A stretch of 59,307 nt of DNA, counting the filler, from Basidioascus undulatus (lineage: Eukaryota): NCBI GenBank assembly GCA_000826855.1. It is 5 parts of 5 records of this genome, joined end to end, with 100 filler letters (N's around TTAATTAATTAA, not from the genome) between each part and the next. Parts side by side here need not be neighbours in the genome. Positions count along the whole stretch, not along the records: positions 21,248 to 38,130 come from JTLS01001116.1; positions 38,231 to 48,712 come from JTLS01001117.1; 3 more parts are not named here. One strand, given 5' to 3'. The translations under genes and the position numbers were made by a program. The notes under the pieces were generated by a model. That model was not told the origin of the DNA. It ran no database searches and worked only from the letters and a program-made list of their open reading frames with translations. Shown here piece by piece: positions 24,364 through 38,677 of the stretch (positions are counted from its first letter, which is position 1; every line of letters starts with the position of its first letter).

Positions 24364-25762
24364 ATGCGCTTCCAGCTCGCCGCCCCCAGCCAGGTCGTCG
24401 CCCTCACCTCCCTCCTGGCTTCCGGCACCCCGACGCCCGACCAGCCAACGTTCATCTACGCTCGCGCCGATCGCACTCTCAATCCACCCCTCGAAGCACT
24501 TCCCCTCATCTCCGCCCACCTCACCATCGACTTCGAGGTGGACCGCCGCGCATCCGCACCGGCGAGCAGCGAGCTCGGCACGAATGCGAAGCGCTTCGCT
24601 GCCGGCCTTGGGCTTCTCAAGCCCAGGCACGGTACGTTCATCTCTACCCCTACCCTTCTTCCCGTAGGCCATTACTAATGACCGGAGGTGTACAGACAAG
24701 ATTCCACCCGCTCGTCCTCGCCGGTCCGCCACGCCGCTGCAAACGTGCATCTGCTGTCGCACTCTGTGTGCATGATTTTGGGCCTGCCCGATGAAGTGCT
24801 GAAGTAGGTGTTGTTCTTCAGAAAAACGGGCAAGATAATTGTTAAGACTTGCTTTGGGTTATCTGGTCCCCGTCTGGAACGCCTTCGGGGAGTGAGTACA
24901 CTTGGGTGCCCTTCGGAAGACTTGCAGCCTACTTAGATACGGAGTCTTGGCGAAGACTCCCGATAAGACGCTTCATGTCTCTTTCCAGGCGTCTTCGAGC
25001 GGGCCGACCTGCTTCATCCACATAACTACGAACTACGTGCGCCTCCCGACTCTTTCGCAAGCATGACTGCTTTGCCGCTCGCAGGCCCCGAACCCGAACT
25101 TCCCTTATGTCGCTTTTATCACGGGTTTTGCCAGCAGCTCTTCAAGCCTCGGCCCGAGCACCCCTAAGTAACCCACCCCTTATGCTTTGTTTCCACCTGC
25201 GCCCCTCGGAGTGACATGCTCGCCTTGGTGTTCGTTGCAAGATACTGATACCTCGGCGGTATTGAAACTAGCAGTACGTCAACCCCCATCCATATATCGA
25301 GGCTAGGATTTACCTCACCGCAACTGCACGCACAGAGCCTCCCAACTCGGCCCCTGCCAACGTCGGGAACATTCATGGCGGCGACCGCCATCCCGGAGCA
25401 GAGCGAGTCGGCGGCGTGGACCTACAACCCCGCGGACCAGTCACTCGTCCCGCAATGGGTCAACACTGACGGATGTACGTCTCCTTATGTCTTCGCCCTC
25501 CTCTCGAAGCTCGAGTGCACGCTGAACCGAGTCCGCATTGTTGCAGCCACGCCGGCCAATTTCCTCGGACTCATCCAGGACGTGCTGATCCTCACCGGCA
25601 ACAAGACCACTTTCACTAATGTTTTCGGGCCTGCTCAATGGGTCGTACGTTCTTGACAAGTCTCGACTCCCCTGATGAAGATGGTCTGACGCACTGACGC
25701 TTTCCGCTAGCAATGCTTGTCCGCAGACATTCACTTTCGTCGGGGACGTTGCCTCTCCTTGA
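24364..25762 (+). pseudogene. Disrupted basidiomycete secreted-protein gene (TNAKRFAAGL / ESAxWxYxP / PQWVNTDG family)
   Basis: Signal-like N-terminus, TNAKRFAAGLGLLKPR, LGYLVPVWNAFGE, FPYVAFITGFASS, ESAAWTYNPADQSLVPQWVNTDG, final exon TFTFVGDVASP-TGA. Frameshift near 24850 and an in-frame TGA in Y*YLGG near 25246. Confidence 0.65.
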
Positions 25763-27403
25763 TTGCACTAGTCGCGCCTTCGATTTCTTCTTTCTCGTGC
25801 CCCTGAACGTGGGCTGGTTTTGTGTTTCAATTGATATTCCTGATATTTTCTGCGGATAGCAAGTTGCATCACGCCCGTTGCGACCATTCATCGCGACGAT
25901 TTATCGCTAGAACTGTTTACGCTCTGCGCTCTTCTTCCTGAAAGGAACTGTGGAAACTGGTCGGTTGGCGGAGTCACGTTCCCACCAGTAGACAATGTCG
26001 AATTACTCGTCCCATTTAATGAGAGGGCTTCGAAAGTTAAACTCAACAAACATGTCAACCCAAGGCGAGAGGCGACTTCGTGAGGGAGTCCAGTGGCAGG
26101 GCGAGGCACGCGTCGCTTTATAAGTAGTCCAGCAGCCCAACGGCTGTCTTCTGCCTTACTAGTAGCTGTTGGGGATGCGGAGCGGTTTCGGTGAAGGTGG
26201 GCCAGATCACGAAAACACATGCTTTGCGATCTACGAACAGCCTCCTCAGTCACACCCAGACAACGTCAGACAGCCTCATATCTTGGAAGTCGCGCCTTGT
26301 CGACGCCCAGGTGCACTTCGCCTGGAGAGTTGTTTTGGGTGCCTTCGACATACATTCACCGCTTTTGGCCGAACGACAGCGCGTACCGGAAGTGGAATGG
26401 ATCATCAACCGGCAGCGTAGTCTCGAGGCCAGACCGTCGCTCGCAGCCAAGCCGAAATTTCGAGAAAGGCAATTCACGAATGCGCGCGCGAGAAGAAGAG
26501 AGAGCGCACAGGCAGGTCAGACGGGTCCCCTTGACAAAGTGGGACCGTCTGGCGTCGAGACTATTCAGCGAGTGTGCCGCGCTCGCGTGCCGTCAACGGC
26601 GGCGTCTCTCCGCCGACGTTGCCCTCTACTTTGATCTACCTTGCGCGACCTATCCATAAATGCAATGTGAGACCCAGTTATCGACAGTTCACTCGCCCTT
26701 ACGCATGCCTTCAAAGTTGCTGTCCCTGCGAGCTCGCCGGCGCTCCAGTGCCCTACGGAGCCGTGTTCCAAAAGAGAAGAGGATGTCGCATGTCGCATGG
26801 CAAAGCAGGCGTCTTTACTGGTCTGTAGCGGATCAACAGCCTGATTCTCGCAAAAGGCAGTTGGAGCTTGCGTTCAGTTGGAGGGAGCAGGACGAAGGAG
26901 GGGCTAAGGTACTGGCTACAAGCAGGGTAACCAACAGAAAAGTCTTCCCCATCGCAATCACACACAACATGGTCACACAAGAGGTCCGCCATCAGATTCA
27001 TTATATCCATGCAAGGAAGAGACACACCACAGGTTCCTAAACAAGAACGAGGGTTCCATGCGTAGGAGAGTGTCCCGACCGATTCCACCGCTTCGACCAC
27101 CGAGGAGCCGAATTAGACACGTAGGAAGAACAGTCGGTGCCGCTCTACGCGATCCCGAGCACCGCCCGTTCTGTAGGAGTCAGAAGGACAGCGACTCTAA
27201 AGGGAAGGCGGTATTCAATGTAAAGAAAGGGAGGAGGGAGAGGAGGAAGACGAGTTTGTACCCGTCGGAGTTAATCTGGTCCCTTTCGGTGGTTTGGAAT
27301 TACAACCAGGGCAGCCTAGGCTTCCGTCGCACGCTCTCACCAACACCTCCTTCGACCGCCACCATCCCAAATTGCATTACCCACCCTCATCAATTCACCG
27401 AGC

Positions 27404-28913
<1,510 letters not shown>

Positions 28914-29315
28914 GCTGGATGTCGTCCGGGGGGGCGGAAGGGGTCACGATGTCTTGTCGTCTTGCAGATCTCATTGCGCTGTACCCCAGCAGTCACACGC
29001 CTCTTGGTCGCATTATGCTGTTGTGGGAGTGTTTCGGACGGTCTCTTCATGTAGTAGGGAAATGTAAAGCCTAGCCTGAGCGGCATCATCCTCTTCTCTT
29101 TCACCTCACTCTGCATTCGGCTGGAGTAGCAGTAATTTCAAATGTGTAATCAGCTGGACCTTCGGCAGTAAGCCCTGACAGGGTGAATGAACAGACATTG
29201 TGCTTTTCATTTGTCTCGACTCAAGGCTAGCTAGTGTTACATATCGAGAAGTTCAGGTCAGGTATCGCTCAAACCTAAAAGTGTCCCAGATCATGCTTCT
29301 TCGAGTCCTCCTTCA

Positions 29316-32300
29316 CTATGCTGCGATGAGTCCCTTCGCAGCGATGAGCGTCTTCGCGCGCTGCACGACGTCCTGCGCGACGCGCTTCGCCTGCTCGCGC
29401 CGCCCAGGCGAGGAGAGCACCGCGCCGAGGAAGACGACCGCCGCGAGCGTCATGTACTTTGTGAACGTCTCGAACACCGCCGGGCGCAGGTTGTCGTACG
29501 AGAAGTCGCCCCAGTTCAGCCTGTTCAGCTCGACGTACATGGGTCAGCTTTCGCGGGATCTCGCGTTTCAGAATGAATGGAGAGGTACCAAACAGAGCGC
29601 ATCCAGAACTGGAATGTTTTGAATGTAAGAACCTCGCTTGGTGAAGTTGAAAGAACAGGAGACGTACGTGGATCTGGGACTTGGGGTACAGCGCAGTGCA
29701 CCGCCCGTTGTCGTCAAGGTACCAGGCCTTAGCACCTTTGCCCTTCCCGCCGTTCTCCCAGACCATGCTGTCCTTGCGCTTCAGCTAACTGTACGTGGGC
29801 ACGAGAATAAGGACTGTGAGCCACTCACTCCTTCATCTCGCGGCGGATCCAGTCAAAGTCGCGGCGCTCGGCCTCCTTAGTTACAGACACAGCGTCGGCA
29901 CGTCCCTTCAGAACGGGCTCGATAAGCTTGATGGTGAAGCTGAGGAGAAATTCGGTCAGCAGAATGCTCTTGTGGGCTAAAGGAAGAAGATGGTGAAGCG
30001 CACTTGATCTGGCACTCGCTGTGGACCATGCATCGTCAGTGACGATGAAACTACCAATGATCAAAAGGAGGGGCTGCACAACGTACGAAGTAAAGATGAC
30101 AGAGGAGTGCCCGGTGGCCGTGTTGGGCCCGAGAATCTGCGAGCGGAGACATAGTTTTTCAGCAACATCCGTTGCATGCCCTAGCTGAACCGACTGACGC
30201 AAGCGAAGTTCGGGAAGCCCGAGAAGACCTGGTGTGCGTATGCTCAGCTGCTGGAATGTCGACAAAAATGACTTTATGAATCTGACTCACTGTGCCGTAG
30301 TAGCACATGGGACCACCCGCTTCCGCAAGGTGGTCGTGAATGCTCGTGCCTTTCTGACCGCGAATGACCATGGGGAACAGCATCTTCTGCACTTGGAAGC
30401 CGGTGGCTGGTAGACGAAAGGAGCCGTTAGAAATGAAATTAAGGCTTGAAAGACATCGAGCAAGATTAGCTCACCGAGGACAATGATATCCGCAGGGATC
30501 TCCTCGCCGTTCTGCCGCATGACGCCGTGCTCGGTGATGCGCTTGGGGTCCTCGGCGAGCAGCTCCACGTGGTCGTGGTTCACTGTTTGAGGATGAGTCG
30601 AGATGCTTCAGGTGTTTCAGAAGGGACAGACTCACGGCTGGCAAGGTAGTTAGAGTCGAAGATACGACGCTTCGTCCCCACTGCAACGGTCATGAGTAAA
30701 ATAGAAATGGAGAAGATGTCAGGGAAAGCTTACTCGGGAAGTCGGGAATGAGTTGTTTGTGGTATTTCTTCGGAGCCAGAGAGCGAATGCTACCATGAGC
30801 TCGTCAGTGTTGGAGGACAGTTCGTCTGCAAAAGGTTGCAAGATACGTACTGCTTCTCCGAGACTGCGGCGTAGTGCTTCCTAAGCCGAGCACCCGTCCG
30901 CATGTGCATCACTGTAGGACGGAGAATCATCAGAAAAAAGAAAAGCCGGACCGGAAGAACAAGGCCAAGAACGTGCTGCGGAAATCGTTCTCAGAGACGA
31001 GGAACTGAGAGTTGTCGCGGACATTTATCCGTGTTAGCACCTCATTACCGGGATTCAAGAAAGTGAGTGGACGTCGTACCATCAGAAGACGGATTATAGC
31101 GCGGAAGCCAGGCAGGAAGCGCATCAGCCAGTTGAAGATCCCACCGTGCGGGATCGGCGGACGAGGCAGGTACCTAGATCCAACCACATCAGTGATGTTC
31201 TTTTTCCAAAATACGAGGTGCACGCATACCAGTGGCGAGAACGCCCAAACTGGGTAAGACTTTTGACGTGAGGAGCAATAGTGCTGGAGGACCAGCAATC
31301 AGTCTCGCTCAATTTCACAAGACCATAGCCGGCGGCTTACGGTACGATTTGGGACTGGTTTCATTGCTCTTGACTATAAGCGTCTGGTCATTTTCACGTC
31401 AGAAGCTTTGAACGCACCGCAGAGCAGCCCTGCATCGGAGGTCAAAGTATCGATCAGCTGAAGCCCACATGAGATGGAGCTGGGAGGGACACACATTCCC
31501 GAGCAGAACCACGTCCTTCCCCTTTTGTCGGAAACCCATTATGAGTCTTCGTGTACGTGAAGATGTTTCTGATTTACGCACCTCGAGGTTGGCGCTTTCG
31601 TCCCAGCGTGCCGAGTGGAAGATCTTGCCCATGAAATCCTCGCTGATGCATTGAGAATGCTCAGTGTTGCTTAACAACGGCTGCGTTCAACCGGTTCACA
31701 ACAGCACTTACCGGCCAGGTACATCACACTCATTCGGAATGGCTGTCTTGGGCATCAGTAAAGGGCTAGATGTAAATGCAGGGTACACGCACTGAGGGCA
31801 CCAACAGAAGACACGAAGACCTTGCACGTCCGACGGTACGTTTTGCCGTCAGACATACGACGCACAGTCACGGTCCAAATCTTCTTCTGTTCGTCCCAGT
31901 CCGCTGAAGCGACCTCCGTCCCAAATGTGATCTTTCGCGCCACGTCAAAGCGCTCGGCAGTGTTCTTCAAGTCTGGCGAAAGGCAGAACATCAGCATGTG
32001 GCAGCAAGCAACCTGCATTGAAAACAGCGATTCCTCACAAGCCTCTATCCGCTCCTGCGACGACCATTGGTTCTCCCAGTGCTGCTGAGCAAACGAGAAA
32101 GAATAAAAGGTCATGGGAATGTCGCATGCTGCGCCTATATCAGGCGGTGGAAAGGAGGAGTTTGTTAGGGAGATCCCAAGCAAGACACCCTACAGCACGC
32201 ACCTGGGTAACGCTGAAGATTTAGAGATGTTAATGTCGCGCAGCGCCACTGAAATCTCGAACAGGCTTACGTTGTGGTGCCATGTCCCACCGAGATCGGG

Positions 32301-32478
32301 AGCGCGTTCGTACAGCTGAACGTCCTCATAGCCCAGCTTCCGCATCAGCTCTGTTGTCGCAAGAGCAGTTCAGCGCGTCTGTTTCCCCTATGCTATCAGC
32401 TGAAGATATACGAATGGCCATCCCGAGACCGGACATGCCGGCGCCGGCGATGATCACGCCGTGGTCGATAGAAGTCAT
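29316..32478 (-). CDS. Type I Baeyer-Villiger / flavin-containing monooxygenase, about 25 exons
   Basis: GAGMSG FAD motif, GGTWHHNRYPGAACD, BVMO fingerprint FMGKIFHSARWD (FxGxxxHxxxWD), NADPH motif GNGCSASQIVP, KRRIFD, ATGF, GFPNF..LGPN; C-terminal hydrophobic segment. Exons join in frame to a TAG at 29316-29318. Confidence 0.93.
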
Positions 32479-32923
32479 GGTGTTGGATGTGACAAAGGCA
32501 ATAGGGTGTAGTTCACAGAGCTGCTTTGGAGACGAGATTATAGAGGATCGAAGAAACGGTTTATTGAGGAACTTCAGAGGAGCGGCTCTCAGAGTGCACT
32601 TGTTGGGTCTCGAGGACATGGCCTCGTCCGGTTACGGCGGCCATCGGGCGAGCCGAACTTTGCTAGCAGCGCCTGAGGTCACGATATTACCTGCGGCAGC
32701 GATCAGCTGCCCGCCCTTGATCAAAAGCCGGAGAGTGGAGGATCGTTTGTGGAGGTGCGTAAATACTTCGTGCGCATTTGGCAGGTAGTCATGAGATGGT
32801 GATTCTAGTGCGTAGCGGTCCGCCGCTTTCAGGCAAGGCACCCGACTGGCGTGGAACTCTCCCCGTGCGGCGAAAGTAGCGGTGGGTACAAAAATCTTTT
32901 TATTTTTCCACTTTGCCCAGAGG

Positions 32924-33101
32924 CGATTATTGCGTGTGCATGGTCAGAGCACGGCGTGAGCGATCAACCCATGTGACCGTGCCTGTTCTTAGTGTTTCTG
33001 CGGTTTACTGCACGATTATCGCGTGTGCATGGTCAGAGCATGGCATGAGCGATCAACCCATGTGACCGTGCCTGTTCTTGGTGTTCCTGCGGTTTCCTGC
33101 A
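32924..33101. repeat. 89-bp tandem duplication (2 units)
   Basis: Units 32924-33012 and 33013-33101 differ at 6 positions. Confidence 0.95.
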
Positions 33102-34038
33102 GCAATCGACCTGGCCTCTTGGTGTGATTTGGAGCCTCGAGCTGGATGGTCATGGATTTGTGATATTTGGATGAGTTTGTGATGCTGAAGATGTACGGAC
33201 ACTGTCAGGGATCAACCACCGGGAATCCGGAGAGCCTGACAGCGAACCGGCTACGGTACGCTATCGACTCAATATCAGCAGAGCTCCCAGCTTTGATATC
33301 AACAAGAGAGTCAGTCACTCTGATATACACAACGTAACATGGTCGTCAAGTTCTGCTGACATTGCCCTTCATACACGCACAGGCGACCCAGTGGAAAACA
33401 CCGCCATAGGCACGTTGACACAAGGCTCACGACTGTATGCCTTATTGTCCTTCGTTCGAAGCCACAGTAAGGCGATTTGAGATCTCTTCTACTTCAATGC
33501 TCTGATACTGTTCATGAGAGACAGAAGAGAGAAAATCCAACACCCTCGACGCGAGTGCGCCGGACCGCCTGACTTTCAACTCTGCCGAGACCGCTACAAA
33601 ACAAGAGAATGAGAACTTGATGTTGGAATTAGGCACTTCAGGTTATCTTATGCTGTTTTAGAAATGCTCGCAGTCGCTCAAGCCGATGCCAGCAACCCTC
33701 TCCGCCGATGGGCTAGGTCAAACAGGCGTTAGACTGGCGACAATTAACTGACTGATGGGGAGCCTCTTTTCTGGTGTACATGAGAACGCAGTTTATATTT
33801 TTGTTTATCAAAGTGTATAAACCCTGATCGAGGACGTTATGGGCAGGGTCACAGCTGCCGGCTGTCTAGAGTGCAAGAGTCGTCGCAGAGATCTCAAAGC
33901 TTTCTTTGTGGTGCATTTGGTCCAGAGCGATGAGCACCACACTCCACTGAAGACTACGAACCTGTCAAAATTTTTGTGTGTAGACAAATAAGAGAGGGTG
34001 AATGAAGGTGGTATGTAAGAACCTGGCACTGGGTTGAC

Positions 34039-34551
34039 GCGGGACCTGCCGACGAGATAGCGTGGGGTAAAGCGACGTCTTTTCAACATGTCTGGGTAGA
34101 ATACCTCCAAGGTAACATGTTTATTGCATGGTCTTTCAGACGTGGAAAGGGATGTTACAAGTGTATCATGTGGCCCTTGTCGAAAGCACAGATGCGGGTT
34201 GTTCGGCAGTGGGTGGACGGTAAAGTAAAGGTGTCAAGGTTTTGGCGGGGTGGTAAAGTCCGTGTGCGTGGAGGAAAAAAAGTTGTATGGTTTATTATGA
34301 ATATTTGCGCGCCCTGTCGAGATTGGCACGAACCTGAAGTATGGCGATCTGCTGCTAAGGTGCGATCAGGCGGCCGAAGGCTTCCGTTCGTCCTCCGCCT
34401 TGTTACAGCCGCCGTGCCCCTCCTCCGGCAGCTGCCACATGGAATGACTAGTTTTACTGCGCTCGCCTGCTCGCCTGCTCTCATCTATACTCGCCCCTGG
34501 CCCCGTCTCGGGCTTTGGAATTGTCCTTTGTCTCCTCCCCTTCGCGCGCTC
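34039..34551 (-). repeat. Dispersed repeat, copy B
   Basis: Reverse complement matches 21515-22015 in colinear exact blocks separated by indels. Confidence 0.9.
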
Positions 34552-36680
34552 ATCCTTCGCACCCTCACGCTCCCGTCATGAAGGCTATTGAACGCTTGGC
34601 TATTGCTGGTAACAGGTGCTCGGTCAGAGATTGAAAATGGACATCTACGTAGCTGAACTAAGTCCGAGAGACGCACAACTTCCACATTGCGCTTGAAAGT
34701 AGAGGTTCGCGACTCCTCGGGAAATCGCCGCCTCGTCCACCTGCAGTGCCCGTCCCACCTCTTCCAAGCCAGGTAGACTGCACCAGCTCAAGACTCTTGT
34801 TCCCTTTCAATACCGTTAACCATATTCCCATATAAATGTCTATATATGACTAAGAAGAGTTGAAGCTCTTCGCCGCACTCTTCCGCAAGCTTGGTTGTCT
34901 TAACGCAAAGAAGCTGAGGCCTGTCTAAGGTGATCAGGTACATTGCTCTTGGCTCAGTCCAACATTAAACCCTGCCAGTTGCGGAATCTGGACATCCGGA
35001 GGACCCGCAGTGGGCGAGCGCGACGTCAAGCGTGAGCCATCGCAAACGGAAGGTGAAAGGGACCACCAACAGGAGGAGCGGGCGAAGGGTATTTGCACCA
35101 TGGAGCAAAAGAAGAAGAGATGAAAAAGTTGGTCAGACAAGTAGAATTCATGGAAGAGGTGGATGTCTTGCCACAAAGTAGTGTGGAAGGTGCTCATGAA
35201 GCTGGATCTGCGGGCTTGCTGAAATAGACATGGATGACCAGTCTGTTTTATGAGTGTCTGTACGCTTCGGATACGAAATGTGTAGAGAGTTAAAATACGG
35301 TACGGGGACCCAAAAAAAATTTACTGCCACCCAAACTGCCAACAAACAGAGTCGGGCGGGTCGTCGTTCAAACGTAGGGTACCTGTGCGTTCCATGACCT
35401 AGAGCTGGCCCATAATCCGTACGATGATTCTCATGTAAAAGATAACATAAAAAAAGCCTGAGAAGCTGAGCAGCTATCGAGGAGTGATCCTCGGACGTGA
35501 GGTGAACGCAGCAACGACGTGGAGGCGTGGCTGGAGACGAAGGCGATCGCAAACGGGTGAGGATGGGTGTCTCTGACGAAGGAACCGAGCCGAGGACATT
35601 TCTTCATTAATTGATTGCGCCCTTAGAGTGTGTCTCAGACACGTCTGTCTGTGCGGATGGCGCTGCTGGGCCAGCTTCAGCAGTGTTGGAAGACAGCAGC
35701 CAGCGGTTGACAGTGCGAAGGCACACGCCGCACGCCCTCCTCTCATGTTCTGGCTAAGTTCCGATGCTGTCTACATGCGGTATTCGGAAATGTTCTGATT
35801 GATTATATTGCAACCGGAAATTGGAAAGACATCCTCCGTGAAAGGGGATACGTGCAGTCGCAAACCGATGTTCTTTTGAAGAAGGTCCGACTCCGGGCCG
35901 GTCGAATTCATGTGAATGTACGAACGAACTGTCGGCTGTCGCAATGCGCAGGGGGCTCCTGAATGTTTTGAGTTCCGTCGGCGTGATTCTCGAATACGAG
36001 AAAGCAGAGGGGTGCTTCACACACGTTTCAGCGGTTGCAGCATGGATGAGCAGGTCATTCATCACTTTGAAAGAAAGAAAGGGTTGATTCCTTCAGTCGC
36101 ACGGTGGTGTGTTGACAAGTGCCCGCTTCAATTCGCCATATGATTTGTGGAGCTGTTCTGTAAAGTACGTGTGCTGTCTACAGGGCTGTTTCGCAGATGC
36201 CGTCATGCAAACAAGTTGTCAGTTTGCATCTGCAAGGGACAACAACGATATGGGCTTAATTCTGATTGGCTGCAGCCTGTTTCACCTCGGTGGGCCAGGA
36301 AATGCAAGTGCTCAGCATCTCAAAAGCAAGGCGTAAACAGGGGACTGGATACCCAGAAAAGCAATGCAAATGGCCCAGAAAGTGCAGTTCCAAAGCAGGG
36401 GCTGTGCATTAAAATGAGGCGGGAGAGGGAGGTGGAAAGAAGACGCAGCGAAATGCGCCAGGAGCTCGTCTCGGAGAGCGCCGCTGAGAATCCCGTAAGG
36501 CGCGGTGCTTGCGTCCCTGGCCGCTTGCCTGCAGCTGCTTGAACACCTACTCCAGCCCGCGATCTCTCCTTCCTCTCTCCTTGCCTTCCCCGCCCCTTAT
36601 TCTAAACAGCGCACCTGGCGCTGCTCATATCCACACTTTATATATTCCTCTAGTTCCCCCGTCAATCGACTGCGCGGCGT

Positions 36681-38130
<1,450 letters not shown>

Positions 38131-38230
38131 NNNNNNNNNNNNNNNNNNNNNNNNNNNNNNNNNNNNNNNNNNNNTTAATTAATTAANNNNNNNNNNNNNN
38201 NNNNNNNNNNNNNNNNNNNNNNNNNNNNNN
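38131..38230. other. Artificial contig spacer
   Basis: 44 N + TTAATTAATTAA + 44 N. Confidence 0.98.
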
Positions 38231-38364
38231 GGGCTGGAGGGGAAGGAGAGGGAGGCGCCTTGCCGGAGGGTCGGGACGGGCTCGGACGTCGAGGAGAGGA
38301 TGGTCGGTGGGGTGCCGGCGGAGAGGGCTGAGCGGAGGAGCAGCAGCGGGTCGGGGCTCGTCAT
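38231..38364 (-). CDS. N-terminus of a gene truncated by the gap, probably PAF1-complex subunit Cdc73
   Basis: MTSPDPLLLLRSALSAGTPPTILSSTSEPVPTLRQGASLSFP resembles the D-P-L-x-L-L-R N-terminus of Cdc73; only 44 codons are visible. Confidence 0.5.
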
Positions 38365-38677
38365 GGCGGACGGCTTCGGGCTTGGGGTTGATTCAGGGAC
38401 CGGTAAATCGTCAGTTTGCTGGTGTTCGAAGCAGTATACGTGAATCTGAAGCAATAAAGCGTAAAAGAGATGATGGGGAGAGCAAGCTGCAGCAGCTATG
38501 GACTGAACGCGACTTCTAGGTCGGTCCGGCGATCAGAATGAACTCTTGCATCGGGGCCCTATCGGCGATAAGCCCATCGCGCAGCGACGCGACTTGCCCG
38601 CACTCGCGTCTTCCCTGCCCTGGCCATTCCCAAATGAGCTTCTAGCGAGCGCCGCCCCTTTTCCTTTTCTTCAGGCC

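Noticed and set aside
32924..33101. CRISPR-like array
   Set aside because: Two adjacent units with no unique spacers, no cas genes, eukaryotic context.
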